From: Spirochaetia bacterium
GTDB lineage: Bacteria > Spirochaetota > Spirochaetia > CADAEX01
Direction: 5' to 3'
Length of the DNA: 64,000 nucleotides
Assembly (NCBI GenBank): GCA_963662795.1
Contig: OY759746.1
Location: 1,184,001-1,248,000, forward strand
Notes under the pieces: model-generated
Databases searched by the model: none
What the model saw: only the letters and a program-made list of their open reading frames with translations
What the model was told of the DNA's origin: nothing
Position numbers and translations under genes: made by a program
Part shown: piece after piece, positions 1-9,434 of the stretch
Position numbering within the stretch: the stretch's first letter is position 1
Layout of the letters: every line of letters starts with the position of its first letter

Positions 1-975
1 TCCTCTGTTGAATCTACAATGTCCTCTACCCAGAAATTATTCTATGCACTGGATCTTGATCCCTACAGTTTTACACCCACCATCAGGCAGGAAGAAAACA
101 TGCCGCTGCTTGATATCAGCGAAGCTGAGAGTATTCCGGGATTCAGGTATATGGCTTCAACCTATGACATGCAGAATAACACCATAAAAGACACAATAAC
201 AATTGATGGTCAGAGACTGATAACTTTCGCCGGAATACTTAAATACGACATGTTTCCCCTTGCGGAAATACTGAAAAAACTGCTTAAACTGGGCCATGAT
301 TCAATGAAATGCCCGATTGAAATTGAATTTGCCGTAAATTTAAACTCAACTCCTGAGGAACCCCATGTTTTCAGTTTTCTGCAGATAAGGCCTATTGTTG
401 AGGGAGAAGAGGAAATCGATCTTAGAATCAGTAATTATGGTAATGAGCAGCTTATTGTGCATTCAATGAAAGCGCTTGGAAACGGAAAATTTGACAGCAT
501 ATTTGACCTTATCTATATCAAACCCGAGAGTTTTGATCCGGCCTATACCGGCGCCATAGCTGAAGAACTCGACAGGATAAACAGTGATTTTGTAAAAAAA
601 GAGCTTAATTACATACTGATGGTTCCAGGCAGGCTTGGTTCCAGCGACCCGTGGCTGGGTATTCCTGTAAACTGGGCGCAGATAAGCAACGCAAAACTGA
701 TTATTGAATCCGGGCTTAAAAATTTTCAGGTGGAACCAAGCCAGGGGACACATTTTTTTCAGAATATCACGTCCCTCGGCATAGCCTACTTTACCATAAA
801 TACTGTCCATAATGACGGATACGCTGATTTCAAGTATCTTGAGACCCTGCCTGCGGTTTTTGAAGACAATTTTATAAGGCATATTGTTTTTAAGGAACCT
901 GTTACAGTAATTGTTGACGGGAAAAAACGGGAAGGGATAATTCTGAAGCCGGGCAGCAATATACAGGGAAGATAA
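1..975 (+). CDS. PEP/pyruvate-binding domain protein (PEP synthase/PPDK-related), C-terminal part, 5' truncated by the window
   Basis: Frame 1 is open from base 1. Motifs PIEIEFAVN, FLQIRP, PGRLGSSDPWLGIPV and SQGTHFFQNITS are typical of this family's C-terminus. Confidence 0.75.
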   Translation, partial: SSVESTMSSTQKLFYALDLDPYSFTPTIRQEENMPLLDISEAESIPGFRYMASTYDMQNNTIKDTITIDGQRLITFAGILKYDMFPLAEILKKLLKLGHDSMKCPIEIEFAVNLNSTPEEPHVFSFLQIRPIVEGEEEIDLRISNYGNEQLIVHSMKALGNGKFDSIFDLIYIKPESFDPAYTGAIAEELDRINSDFVKKELNYILMVPGRLGSSDPWLGIPVNWAQISNAKLIIESGLKNFQVEPSQGTHFFQNITSLGIAYFTINTVHNDGYADFKYLETLPAVFEDNFIRHIVFKEPVTVIVDGKKREGIILKPGSNIQGR

Positions 976-994
976 TACATAATCCTCATTGAGA

Positions 995-1023
995 TTGACT
1001 CAAATATTCCATATATGTATCAT
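995..1023 (+). promoter_or_regulatory. sigma70-type promoter of leuS (probably leaderless)
   Basis: TTGACT(995-1000)-N17-TATCAT(1018-1023), 6 nt before ATG 1030; no SD sequence. Confidence 0.6.
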
Positions 1024-1029
1024 CTTTGC

Positions 1030-3456
1030 ATGAGCAAATACCCTTTTAAACAAATAGAAAAAAAATGGCAGAAATACTGGGAAGACAACAAAACTTTCCG
1101 CGTTACTGAAGATGAATCCGTACCGGCAGAGAAAAGAAAATATGTGCTGGATATGTTCCCCTACCCGTCCGGGGCAGGGCTGCACGTAGGTCACCCGGAA
1201 GGGTATACCGCGACCGACATATACTGCAGATACCTGCGGATGAACGGATATGCAGTCCTCCATCCCATGGGTTTTGATTCCTTCGGTCTGCCTGCCGAAA
1301 ACTACGCAATCAAAACAGGAACCCATCCGAGGATTTCAACAGAAAAAAATATAAAGCTTTTCACAAAGCAGATTAAATCTTTCGGGTTCTGTTATGACTG
1401 GGACAGAGAAATCTCAACACATACAGAGGAATATTATAAATGGACACAGTGGATATTCCTTAAGCTTTATGAACAGGGCCTTGCTTACGAAGCGGAAATG
1501 CCCATCAACTTCTGCCCTTCATGCAGGACTGGAATTGCCAACGAAGAGGTCAAGGAAGGTAAATGCGAAAGGTGCGGCACACAGGTATCACGCAAGAGCG
1601 TAAGACAGTGGATGCTGAGGATTACGAAATACGCTGAAAGACTGCTGGCAGACCTTGATACGCTTGACTGGAGTGAAGCCATTAAAGCAATGCAGAGGAA
1701 CTGGATCGGCAGAAGCGAAGGCGCCAATGTTATTTTTTCGCTTGAAAACTCAAGCGAAAGCCTGGAAGTATATACAACACGGCCGGATACCCTTTTCGGC
1801 GCGACTTATATGGTCCTCTCTCCTGAGCACCCCCTTGTCAAAAAAATAACAACAGACGGACAGAGGAAAGAGGTTGAGGAATATGTCAGACAGGCAAGCT
1901 TTAAAAGCGATCTTGAGCGGACAGACCTCGCGAAGGATAAAACCGGGGCTTTTACGGGAAGCTATGCCGTAAATCCCGTTAATAACGAGAAAATACCGGT
2001 ATGGATATCCGATTATGTACTTTTGACCTACGGCACAGGGGCCATCATGGCCGTTCCTGCGCATGACGAAAGAGACTTTGAATTCGCGGTTAAATTCAAC
2101 CTCCCCATAAAACAGGTAGTATCAAAAGACGGATCCCTTTATGAACTTAAAGAAGCCTATATTGACAAGGAAGACGGGGTATCTGTCAATTCAGGAAGAT
2201 TTACAGGAATGAAAACGCCTGATGCGATCAGGGAAATAATAAAATGGCTTAATGAAATGGGTAAAGGGGAAAAGACAGTCAACTATAAGCTAAGGGACTG
2301 GATTTTCTCGCGCCAGAGGTTCTGGGGAGAGCCCATACCGGTTATTCACTGTCCCGAATGCGGAATAGTGCCCCTGCCCGAGGATCAACTCCCTCTTACC
2401 TTGCCCGAAGTTGAAACCTATGTAACGACAGGGACAGGGGAATCCCCCCTTGCCGCAATAACTGACTGGGTAAATACTACCTGTCATATATGCGGCGGAA
2501 AGGCGAAAAGGGAGACAAACACAATGCCCCAGTGGGCAGGATCGTGCTGGTATTACCTCAGGTTCATAGACCCGCACAATGATAAAGTGTTTGTATCACC
2601 TGAAAAGGAAAAGTACTGGGCTCCTGTTGATCTTTACGTGGGCGGAGCCGAACACGCTGTTCTTCACCTTCTTTACGCGCGGTTCTGGCACAAGGTGCTT
2701 TATGATATCGGAGCGGTAAGCACAATTGAACCGTTTCAGAGGCTTGTAAATCAGGGGATGATTCTCGGTGAAGGGGGGGTTAAAATGTCAAAATCCCTCG
2801 GCAATGTAATAAATCCTGATGATGTAATTCAAAGCTACGGCGCGGATTCCATGAGACTCTATGAAATGTTTATGGGCCCTCTCAGCGTATCAAAGCCGTG
2901 GGCAACAACAGGTATTTCAGGAGTTTACAGATTCCTCGACAGGATATGGAGATTATCTGAGGAAAAAGAGTTTACAGAAACACCTGCGCCGGAAGAACTT
3001 GACCGGCTTCTTCACAAGACTATAAAAAAAGTAACAACTGATACAGCCAACCTTGAATTCAACACAGCGATTGCGCAGATGATGATCTTCATGAATGACC
3101 TCATCAAGGCGGATAAGGTAAACAGGACAATGTGGATGACTTTCATTAAACTGCTCTCTCCTTACGCCCCGCATATAGCCGAAGAATTATGGGAAAAAGC
3201 AGGAGGAGAACCCTCCCTTGCAAACCAGATGTGGCCGAAGTGGGAAGAAGCAAAAACAGTTGAAGATGAAGTTACAGTTGTACTTCAGATAGGCAGCAAA
3301 AACAGAAGCACAATAATTGTTCCCAAAGGGTGTTCACGTGAAAAACTTGAGAAACTGGCCAGGGAAAATGAAAGGATAGCGGAACTGCTGGATGGAAAAA
3401 CAGTTGTTAAATCCATCGTTGTTCCTGATAAGCTTGTAAACTTTGTTGTAAAATAA
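1030..3456 (+). CDS. leuS: leucine--tRNA ligase
   Basis: [14 protein letters not shown] (HIGH-type) and KMSKS motifs, editing-domain TTRPDT and [12 protein letters not shown]. Start moved from 1015 to ATG 1030. Confidence 0.98.
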   Translation: MSKYPFKQIEKKWQKYWEDNKTFRVTEDESVPAEKRKYVLDMFPYPSGAGLHVGHPEGYTATDIYCRYLRMNGYAVLHPMGFDSFGLPAENYAIKTGTHPRISTEKNIKLFTKQIKSFGFCYDWDREISTHTEEYYKWTQWIFLKLYEQGLAYEAEMPINFCPSCRTGIANEEVKEGKCERCGTQVSRKSVRQWMLRITKYAERLLADLDTLDWSEAIKAMQRNWIGRSEGANVIFSLENSSESLEVYTTRPDTLFGATYMVLSPEHPLVKKITTDGQRKEVEEYVRQASFKSDLERTDLAKDKTGAFTGSYAVNPVNNEKIPVWISDYVLLTYGTGAIMAVPAHDERDFEFAVKFNLPIKQVVSKDGSLYELKEAYIDKEDGVSVNSGRFTGMKTPDAIREIIKWLNEMGKGEKTVNYKLRDWIFSRQRFWGEPIPVIHCPECGIVPLPEDQLPLTLPEVETYVTTGTGESPLAAITDWVNTTCHICGGKAKRETNTMPQWAGSCWYYLRFIDPHNDKVFVSPEKEKYWAPVDLYVGGAEHAVLHLLYARFWHKVLYDIGAVSTIEPFQRLVNQGMILGEGGVKMSKSLGNVINPDDVIQSYGADSMRLYEMFMGPLSVSKPWATTGISGVYRFLDRIWRLSEEKEFTETPAPEELDRLLHKTIKKVTTDTANLEFNTAIAQMMIFMNDLIKADKVNRTMWMTFIKLLSPYAPHIAEELWEKAGGEPSLANQMWPKWEEAKTVEDEVTVVLQIGSKNRSTIIVPKGCSREKLEKLARENERIAELLDGKTVVKSIVVPDKLVNFVVK

Positions 3457-3457
3457 T

Positions 3458-4636
3458 ATGGATAAAATTCGGGAAACCTATTTAAGCCGGCAGAAAAAAA
3501 CTTCGGATTATCTTCTTGAGGAAGGTATTTCTGCCGCAGTATTAAAGGATTTTGAAGGAAGCAGGAACTCGTCGATAAGATATCTGACAGGGCATCCCCA
3601 GGATGCCCTTCTTTTTATTTTTTCTGACGGCAGAACAATACTGCTGCCCTGGGACATACTTCTCGCGGAAAAAAACGCTTATTGCGGCGAAATTATCCCT
3701 TATACAGACTATAACCGTAATTTCATAAAAGCCGCTGCCGCAGTTACTTCTGAAAAACTGTCAGACAGATTTCTGCCCCGGGAAAGCGGAAATACAGAAG
3801 GGCTGCTTAAACTGGAATTTTCGTCAGCTTCCACCTGGCTTGAAATTCTCTCGCTTAAAGATGAGATTTCCGGTTTTGAAATAATCTGCAGGGAAAACGG
3901 GATTGATTTTTTTCTTGATTCCTGCAGGATGATCAAGGACAGTATTGAAATTGATATATACAGGGAAGCTTCAGCAGTAACAGATAAAATTATTGATGAG
4001 CTTGAACGTTATATCAGAAAAAATATTTCAGCCCGCGGTAATACAATCAAGGAAACAGATATTGCTTTTACCATTGAAAAACTTGCAAGAGATATGGGAT
4101 GCGAAGGAACGGGATTTGAGACTCTTGCCGCTGCTGCTGAAAGAAGCTGGGCAATCCACCCCTGGCCGACCTTTTCATCCGGGCCTGTTCATGCAAAAGG
4201 CCTTACAATTATAGATTTCGGAATCAGGTATAAAGGCTATACAACAGATGTAACAATGACTGTCGCGGGAAAAAACCTGACAGAAAAACAGAAAGAAATG
4301 ATCAGCCTTGTTGAAAAAGCCTCATATCTTGCAGAAAAATCACTTAAGCCGGGAATAAGCGTTTCTTCCCCTGCCGATGCTGTTGACTTACTTCTAAATA
4401 AGGCCGGCTATGCAATGCCCCATTCCCTCGGTCACGGCATAGGTCTTGATGTCCATGAAGCTCCCATTCTAAAAGCCCCCTCAGACAACCCAGTTATGCT
4501 TAAGGAGGGAATGGTCATTACTCTGGAACCAGGTCTTTATGACAGGGATGAGGGCGGAGTAAGGCTTGAAAATGATTTTCTGATAACTAAAGAGGGGTGT
4601 GAAAAGCTTACCAGCTCCCGGATTGTATTTCTGTAG
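3458..4636 (+). CDS. Xaa-Pro aminopeptidase/dipeptidase (M24 family)
   Basis: Metal ligands in IIDFG, TTDVT, HSLGHGIGLDVHE, TLEPG and RLEND; starts 1 nt after the leuS stop. Confidence 0.92.
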   Translation: MDKIRETYLSRQKKTSDYLLEEGISAAVLKDFEGSRNSSIRYLTGHPQDALLFIFSDGRTILLPWDILLAEKNAYCGEIIPYTDYNRNFIKAAAAVTSEKLSDRFLPRESGNTEGLLKLEFSSASTWLEILSLKDEISGFEIICRENGIDFFLDSCRMIKDSIEIDIYREASAVTDKIIDELERYIRKNISARGNTIKETDIAFTIEKLARDMGCEGTGFETLAAAAERSWAIHPWPTFSSGPVHAKGLTIIDFGIRYKGYTTDVTMTVAGKNLTEKQKEMISLVEKASYLAEKSLKPGISVSSPADAVDLLLNKAGYAMPHSLGHGIGLDVHEAPILKAPSDNPVMLKEGMVITLEPGLYDRDEGGVRLENDFLITKEGCEKLTSSRIVFL

Positions 4637-5399
4637 TCCCGGAAAACCAGGCCTGCCAGCCGCTCCTGTCCATGAAAATTTCAATATACCTGTTATTTTG
4701 ATAATCCTTATCTTCTGCACCGCAGATTGCTGAAACCAGTAAAATATTTCTTTCAGGCAGGGAAGATACATCAAGAATCCCGTCCAGCTGAGTAAATATC
4801 CGCCGGTCAAGCATGTTGGAAAGTACCCAAAGGGTTTCTGAATATTCACAGGGAAGAGACAGGCAGATATTGTGTATTTCCCGTTTTTTTACAAAATTTG
4901 AATTAAAGATACCAAAGGATAATGCATATGTAATCTCCTCTTCAGAGAACATCCATGGATTACCGCAGGATGTCTCTATCAGAATTTTTTCAAACCTGCC
5001 GATGTTGAAGTTTTCAAGACTGATCCCGGCAGTTATCAGATTGCTGATTACTTCAGCCGCAAATCCGTCTTCCCATCCTATATAAAGTTTTCCGTCTGCC
5101 TTATAGTCCTCAGGGTAAACCCCGCCGGCAGGATAGAGGGCAGTGCCTGATGCGGTATAGGCCGGAGCTGAAACAGGAAGAACCGGTAAATCTGAAGAAA
5201 TTATGACAATCTCTCCAGGACTGTAAAACACTGGTTCCTCTTCAGATGTTAAGCCGGGATAATCAAGCCGGAAACGGATATTCTGCCCGCTTCCGCATAA
5301 GCGGGCCGGGAGATCAGGTAAAACTATCTCAAGTTCATATTTACAGGAATCTGAGCATCCTGCAGCAAATATCAGCAGAATCATACAAACAACAGCCAT
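4608..5399 (-). CDS. hypothetical lipoprotein
   Basis: 263-aa ORF with a hydrophobic N-terminus and lipobox-like FAAGC. Confidence 0.65.
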   Translation of the reverse strand: MAVVCMILLIFAAGCSDSCKYELEIVLPDLPARLCGSGQNIRFRLDYPGLTSEEEPVFYSPGEIVIISSDLPVLPVSAPAYTASGTALYPAGGVYPEDYKADGKLYIGWEDGFAAEVISNLITAGISLENFNIGRFEKILIETSCGNPWMFSEEEITYALSFGIFNSNFVKKREIHNICLSLPCEYSETLWVLSNMLDRRIFTQLDGILDVSSLPERNILLVSAICGAEDKDYQNNRYIEIFMDRSGWQAWFSGTTEIQSGSW

Positions 5400-5493
5400 A
5401 CCATGATGTACATGCTATCCGGTCATAATGATTCAAAACAGCTGTTATCCATACCGTATACTGATTCTGCAGGTGATAATTCAGTGTGATTTT

Positions 5494-6075
5494 TCAGTGT
5501 ATTGTTTTAAGATCGGATTTATATATCTCCCTGATTTTCAGAAAGACCTTAGCATACTCTTCTGTCCTGTAATCAGCATAAGTCCAGGGAAGGGCTTCAA
5601 ACCTGCCGCCCCGGAAAATAAGTGTAATTTCTTCATAGATACCGTCTCTTACAGGAACCCTGTGAACATTGTCCTTGGTAGTAGCAAGTATAAGCCTGCT
5701 TGAACACAGGAGCCCCGGATCAAAGTTGACCCTGCGGTGTTCCTCTCCATCCTGTTCCTCATCAGATTTTACACGGACTGAGTAAAGTTTTTCCAGATAA
5801 TTTGTATGTATTTTTATATCTGCAAGCTTAGATGGATCCACCAGGCTTTTGAAAGAAACAAATACTCTCCGAATATTATCCCCCATTTCACTGTTATAAT
5901 AATCTGTATAATTAAAATCCATTAAAGGGCTTACATAATCAATCTCCCCGATTTCATCGGAAAGTGTTTTGATTATTTCATCCTGACGGCTGCTCAAAGT
6001 AGTGAGAATTCCAATTATTAATTTATGTTTCTGAAAGCATTTTATTTCACCCAGGAAATTACAATCTCCTTGCAA
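5494..6075 (-). CDS. DUF4416 family protein
   Basis: Motifs FNYTDYYNSEMG, LADIKIHTN, RRVNFDPG, LATTKD, PWTYADY. Start uncertain (TTG 6075 or CTG 6054). Confidence 0.85.
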   Translation of the reverse strand: MQGDCNFLGEIKCFQKHKLIIGILTTLSSRQDEIIKTLSDEIGEIDYVSPLMDFNYTDYYNSEMGDNIRRVFVSFKSLVDPSKLADIKIHTNYLEKLYSVRVKSDEEQDGEEHRRVNFDPGLLCSSRLILATTKDNVHRVPVRDGIYEEITLIFRGGRFEALPWTYADYRTEEYAKVFLKIREIYKSDLKTIH

Positions 6076-6107
6076 ATCTAACCTATTTCAACCATAATAA
6101 TACTATT

Positions 6108-7541
6108 ATGAAGAAAATCAAGGAATTTCAGGAAGAACTTACGGCAGCCCTTGAACAGCAAAAAGAATATCTTGAGACTGAAATACTCCCTAAATCCCGA
6201 GGCTTATTTAAAACATATCATTCTGCCTTTAACGCGGTTTTTATGCTTCTGCTTAAAAAAGCCCTTATAAAGGATGATCCATACAAGCATGAATATAAAA
6301 TATCAGAGATAACAGTTCCCCCGAATACGCAGATTATTGAAACGGAAAAAGCCTCTCAGCTGGGAATCAGGCTCTCTTTTTACCTAACACAGCTTGATTA
6401 TATAAACAGCTATTATTCATACACAACCCAGTTTATGACACTAAAAAGAATAAAACTTATAACAGACCTGTTGAATTATATAGACTGGGATATGATAGCA
6501 GAAACATCAGCAAGCCCTGCGAACCGCATGCTTGCCGGATTATTAATAAAAATACGGCAGGGAACAGACCAGATAGCAGTTTCTGTCATCAACACATCCA
6601 TAAACCAGCTAAGTTCCATAAGAAAAATACTAATTGAAAATCTTCAGCTTGTTAAAAAGCTTCACAATGAGACATATAAACTAATGGTGAGGGAAAAGAT
6701 TCTGCTTCAGAGCAGCATCCTTAAATATGGTCTTGAAAATTCAGCGGAAGACACCCTTTCTTCAATAAAAAAGAAATTCACAGAGGTACTGCCGGGAGAA
6801 ATATTCAGACAGGACCTTATAAATGAGCTGATAGCAGAAGAATTTTCTGCTGAATCAGAAGAACTTAAGGAAGAGCTGCTGACGGCCCTGACTCCGGAAG
6901 CTCCGGAGAAAAAAAAAGAAGATCCCATAAAAATAAAAAAACCTCTTCTCAACATGCTTGTAAACGCCGCCCTCACAATCTGCACTTCCTATGCTCAGAT
7001 CAGATCAGCACTGGAAAAAATTGAAAACAATTTTAAAGTGCTTGAAGAGCCCAGAGGCTCCGCCTTTATAAAATGGCTGTACAAAGTACTTAAGGCTGAT
7101 AAAAAAAGAACAAGGATTTTTGAAATTGAATTTATTGATGATCTTGCAGGGCTTAAAAAAACAGAGAAAATTGATCTTCCTGTCTTTGTAAAAAAATATT
7201 TGGCTCTCCTTGCAGGCTTAAGCAGTGCGAAATTGAAATCAGAATTCTCGGTTCTTGAATCAACTGAAAAAAAAGAGGATTATCTTCTTGTATTTATCGG
7301 GGAACAGAGTACAGCATTAAAATCATTTATCCTTCAGGGACAGGGAATTGACCGCTATATAAAAAAAAGGGCAAAAGATGAAAAAATATCTTCCGCCCAT
7401 CTGAAGGGGATACTGCTGGAAATAAATGCAATCAAAAACTGCATAATCAAGGCACAGCAGCTTTCCCAGGAATATATCTCGGATAAGGAAGAATACAATC
7501 AGTTTAAATCACTTGGTATTGCTGAAAAATCAGTGGATTAA
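6108..7541 (+). CDS. hypothetical protein (helical, spirochaete-type)
   Basis: 477-aa ORF with host-like codon usage; no recognisable motif. Confidence 0.75.
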   Translation: MKKIKEFQEELTAALEQQKEYLETEILPKSRGLFKTYHSAFNAVFMLLLKKALIKDDPYKHEYKISEITVPPNTQIIETEKASQLGIRLSFYLTQLDYINSYYSYTTQFMTLKRIKLITDLLNYIDWDMIAETSASPANRMLAGLLIKIRQGTDQIAVSVINTSINQLSSIRKILIENLQLVKKLHNETYKLMVREKILLQSSILKYGLENSAEDTLSSIKKKFTEVLPGEIFRQDLINELIAEEFSAESEELKEELLTALTPEAPEKKKEDPIKIKKPLLNMLVNAALTICTSYAQIRSALEKIENNFKVLEEPRGSAFIKWLYKVLKADKKRTRIFEIEFIDDLAGLKKTEKIDLPVFVKKYLALLAGLSSAKLKSEFSVLESTEKKEDYLLVFIGEQSTALKSFILQGQGIDRYIKKRAKDEKISSAHLKGILLEINAIKNCIIKAQQLSQEYISDKEEYNQFKSLGIAEKSVD

Positions 7542-8228
7542 ATAGGCTATCTCGTTTTTCTCAAGACTGCTCTCAAGTCTTCCCTTAAACTCTCTTTCTA
7601 TTTTGTTCTGATATTCAAGTATTCCTGAAATATAATCAAGCGTTTTCCGCGGCGTTCCGTTCCTCTCAACCTTTGTTCTTCCTGCATTATACATTGCAAG
7701 AGCTACTATTTCGTTTCCGCCTGTATCAAGACACCATTTCAGATGTTTTATGCCATTTACAATATTTATTTCAGGTTTAAAAAAGTCTTTTTCACTTAAT
7801 TCCGGGAACGCAAGAGAATTCAATTGAAAAAGGCCCCTGTCTACAGAATTTTTATTATAGTTTATTGCCCTGTTGATAAATCTGCTCTCATTCCATACAA
7901 GAGAAAAAACAAAACTGTATGGCAGGTCATATTTGTCAGCATATTGAAGAATCAGTCTGGAATAGTCTTCTGACCCTGATATCCCGGTGTAGAAATCATT
8001 AATATACTTTCTTGTATACACATTACTGTACATCTGTTTTTCAATAACAGATACATCAAAATCAAGCGAAAGCCCTGGTATATAAAGCAGACGGTTTTCA
8101 TCTGCAGAGGTATTATCCGTTATTCCATTGACTGAAACTGTTTCCCCGCGCCCTTTTTTCCCCGGGTCTATCATGCTGAACGACAATAAAAGCGGAGCAG
8201 CGAGTAAAATCAGTATTACCCTTTTAAT
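7530..8228 (-). CDS. lytic transglycosylase, SLT domain, with signal peptide
   Basis: SLT motifs WNESRF (catalytic Glu), GLFQLN and ALAMYNAG. Start extended from 8186 to ATT 8228, which follows GGAGG and restores a signal peptide. Confidence 0.88.
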   Translation of the reverse strand: MKRVILILLAAPLLLSFSMIDPGKKGRGETVSVNGITDNTSADENRLLYIPGLSLDFDVSVIEKQMYSNVYTRKYINDFYTGISGSEDYSRLILQYADKYDLPYSFVFSLVWNESRFINRAINYNKNSVDRGLFQLNSLAFPELSEKDFFKPEINIVNGIKHLKWCLDTGGNEIVALAMYNAGRTKVERNGTPRKTLDYISGILEYQNKIEREFKGRLESSLEKNEIAYLIH

Positions 8229-8375
8229 AATATTTCCTCCAAAAATTTGAAATTTCCAGTCTGAAATAATACATAAATGACTGGAGTAGTCAAGTTTCAG
8301 GCAGCTTAAGATCGAAAAAAATGAATATTTTTATGGTAAATCATGATTTATGTGCTATAATTTGGGGTTTTGCAC

Positions 8376-9371
8376 ATGTTTTACAGAAAAGAACTTACCG
8401 CAGGCAAAAAATTAAGCTTTATCGGACTCGGCTGCTGGCGGTTCGGAGAACAGGAAAATTCCCGTCCATCAAACAACCCGGGAAGGAATTACTGGAACGG
8501 GCAGAAGCGGACCGATTCACTTAAAATTATTGATTTTGCTTTAAACTCAGGAATAACTCATTTCGATACTGCTCAAGGCTACGGCCTGGGTCTGTCCGAA
8601 CAGTTTACAGGACACAGACTCAGGCGGCACCGCGAAAAGGTTATTATTGCTACAAAAATTATACCTTCCTCCAATAACAGCTCTGATATTTTAAGAAAAA
8701 TTGAACTAAGCTTAAAAAGGCTCAATACTTCCTATGCTGACATCCTGTACCTTCACTGGCCTGACAGAAAATATGAAATTGAGTTTGCAGCAGAGGCGCT
8801 TGAAAAAGCAAGAAGCGCAGGATTGATCAGATATACCGGGGTAAGTAATTTTTCAGTTGAAAAGATGGAACAGTTTTCCGGTGCAGGACATATTGATTTC
8901 TGTCAGACAGGCTACAGTCTGCTCTGGACACACAGGGAAAAGGATGTTGTCCCGTATTGCATTTCAAAAAAAATAAATATTATTGGATACAGCTTTTATT
9001 CCCAGGGGCTTTTGCTCAAAGATAATATAACAGCAGATACTGGAATATTGAACTCCGGACGGAAAAATCTTGTATTTTTGAAAAAAGAGAATATTGATAC
9101 AACTTTGGAAGTGATAAGGCAGCTTGATGCTGTTTCAGAGGCAACAGGCTTCACAAAACCGTATCTGCTTACCGGCTGGGGATCATCCAAACCATGGCTT
9201 GCAGGCATTCTGACAGGAGCTTCTTCAAAAAAACAACTCCGCGAAACAGCAGCATCAGTAAATGAATCACTAAGCTCTGATATAATTCAAAAACTTGACA
9301 ATATTGCGCTTATTGGACTGAATATCACGGATACCGACAATATTTTTTCTCATAATCAGGGCATTTATTGA
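8376..9371 (+). CDS. aldo/keto reductase
   Basis: IGLGCW, FDTAQGYG, IATK, SLKRL, LYLHWPD and GVSNF motifs; upstream TGCTATAAT. Confidence 0.92.
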   Translation: MFYRKELTAGKKLSFIGLGCWRFGEQENSRPSNNPGRNYWNGQKRTDSLKIIDFALNSGITHFDTAQGYGLGLSEQFTGHRLRRHREKVIIATKIIPSSNNSSDILRKIELSLKRLNTSYADILYLHWPDRKYEIEFAAEALEKARSAGLIRYTGVSNFSVEKMEQFSGAGHIDFCQTGYSLLWTHREKDVVPYCISKKINIIGYSFYSQGLLLKDNITADTGILNSGRKNLVFLKKENIDTTLEVIRQLDAVSEATGFTKPYLLTGWGSSKPWLAGILTGASSKKQLRETAASVNESLSSDIIQKLDNIALIGLNITDTDNIFSHNQGIY

Positions 9372-9434
9372 AAATAATCAACTTATATGCTAATATATGG
9401 TTTATATTTTCTACTTTTTCACAGGGGGTATTAT

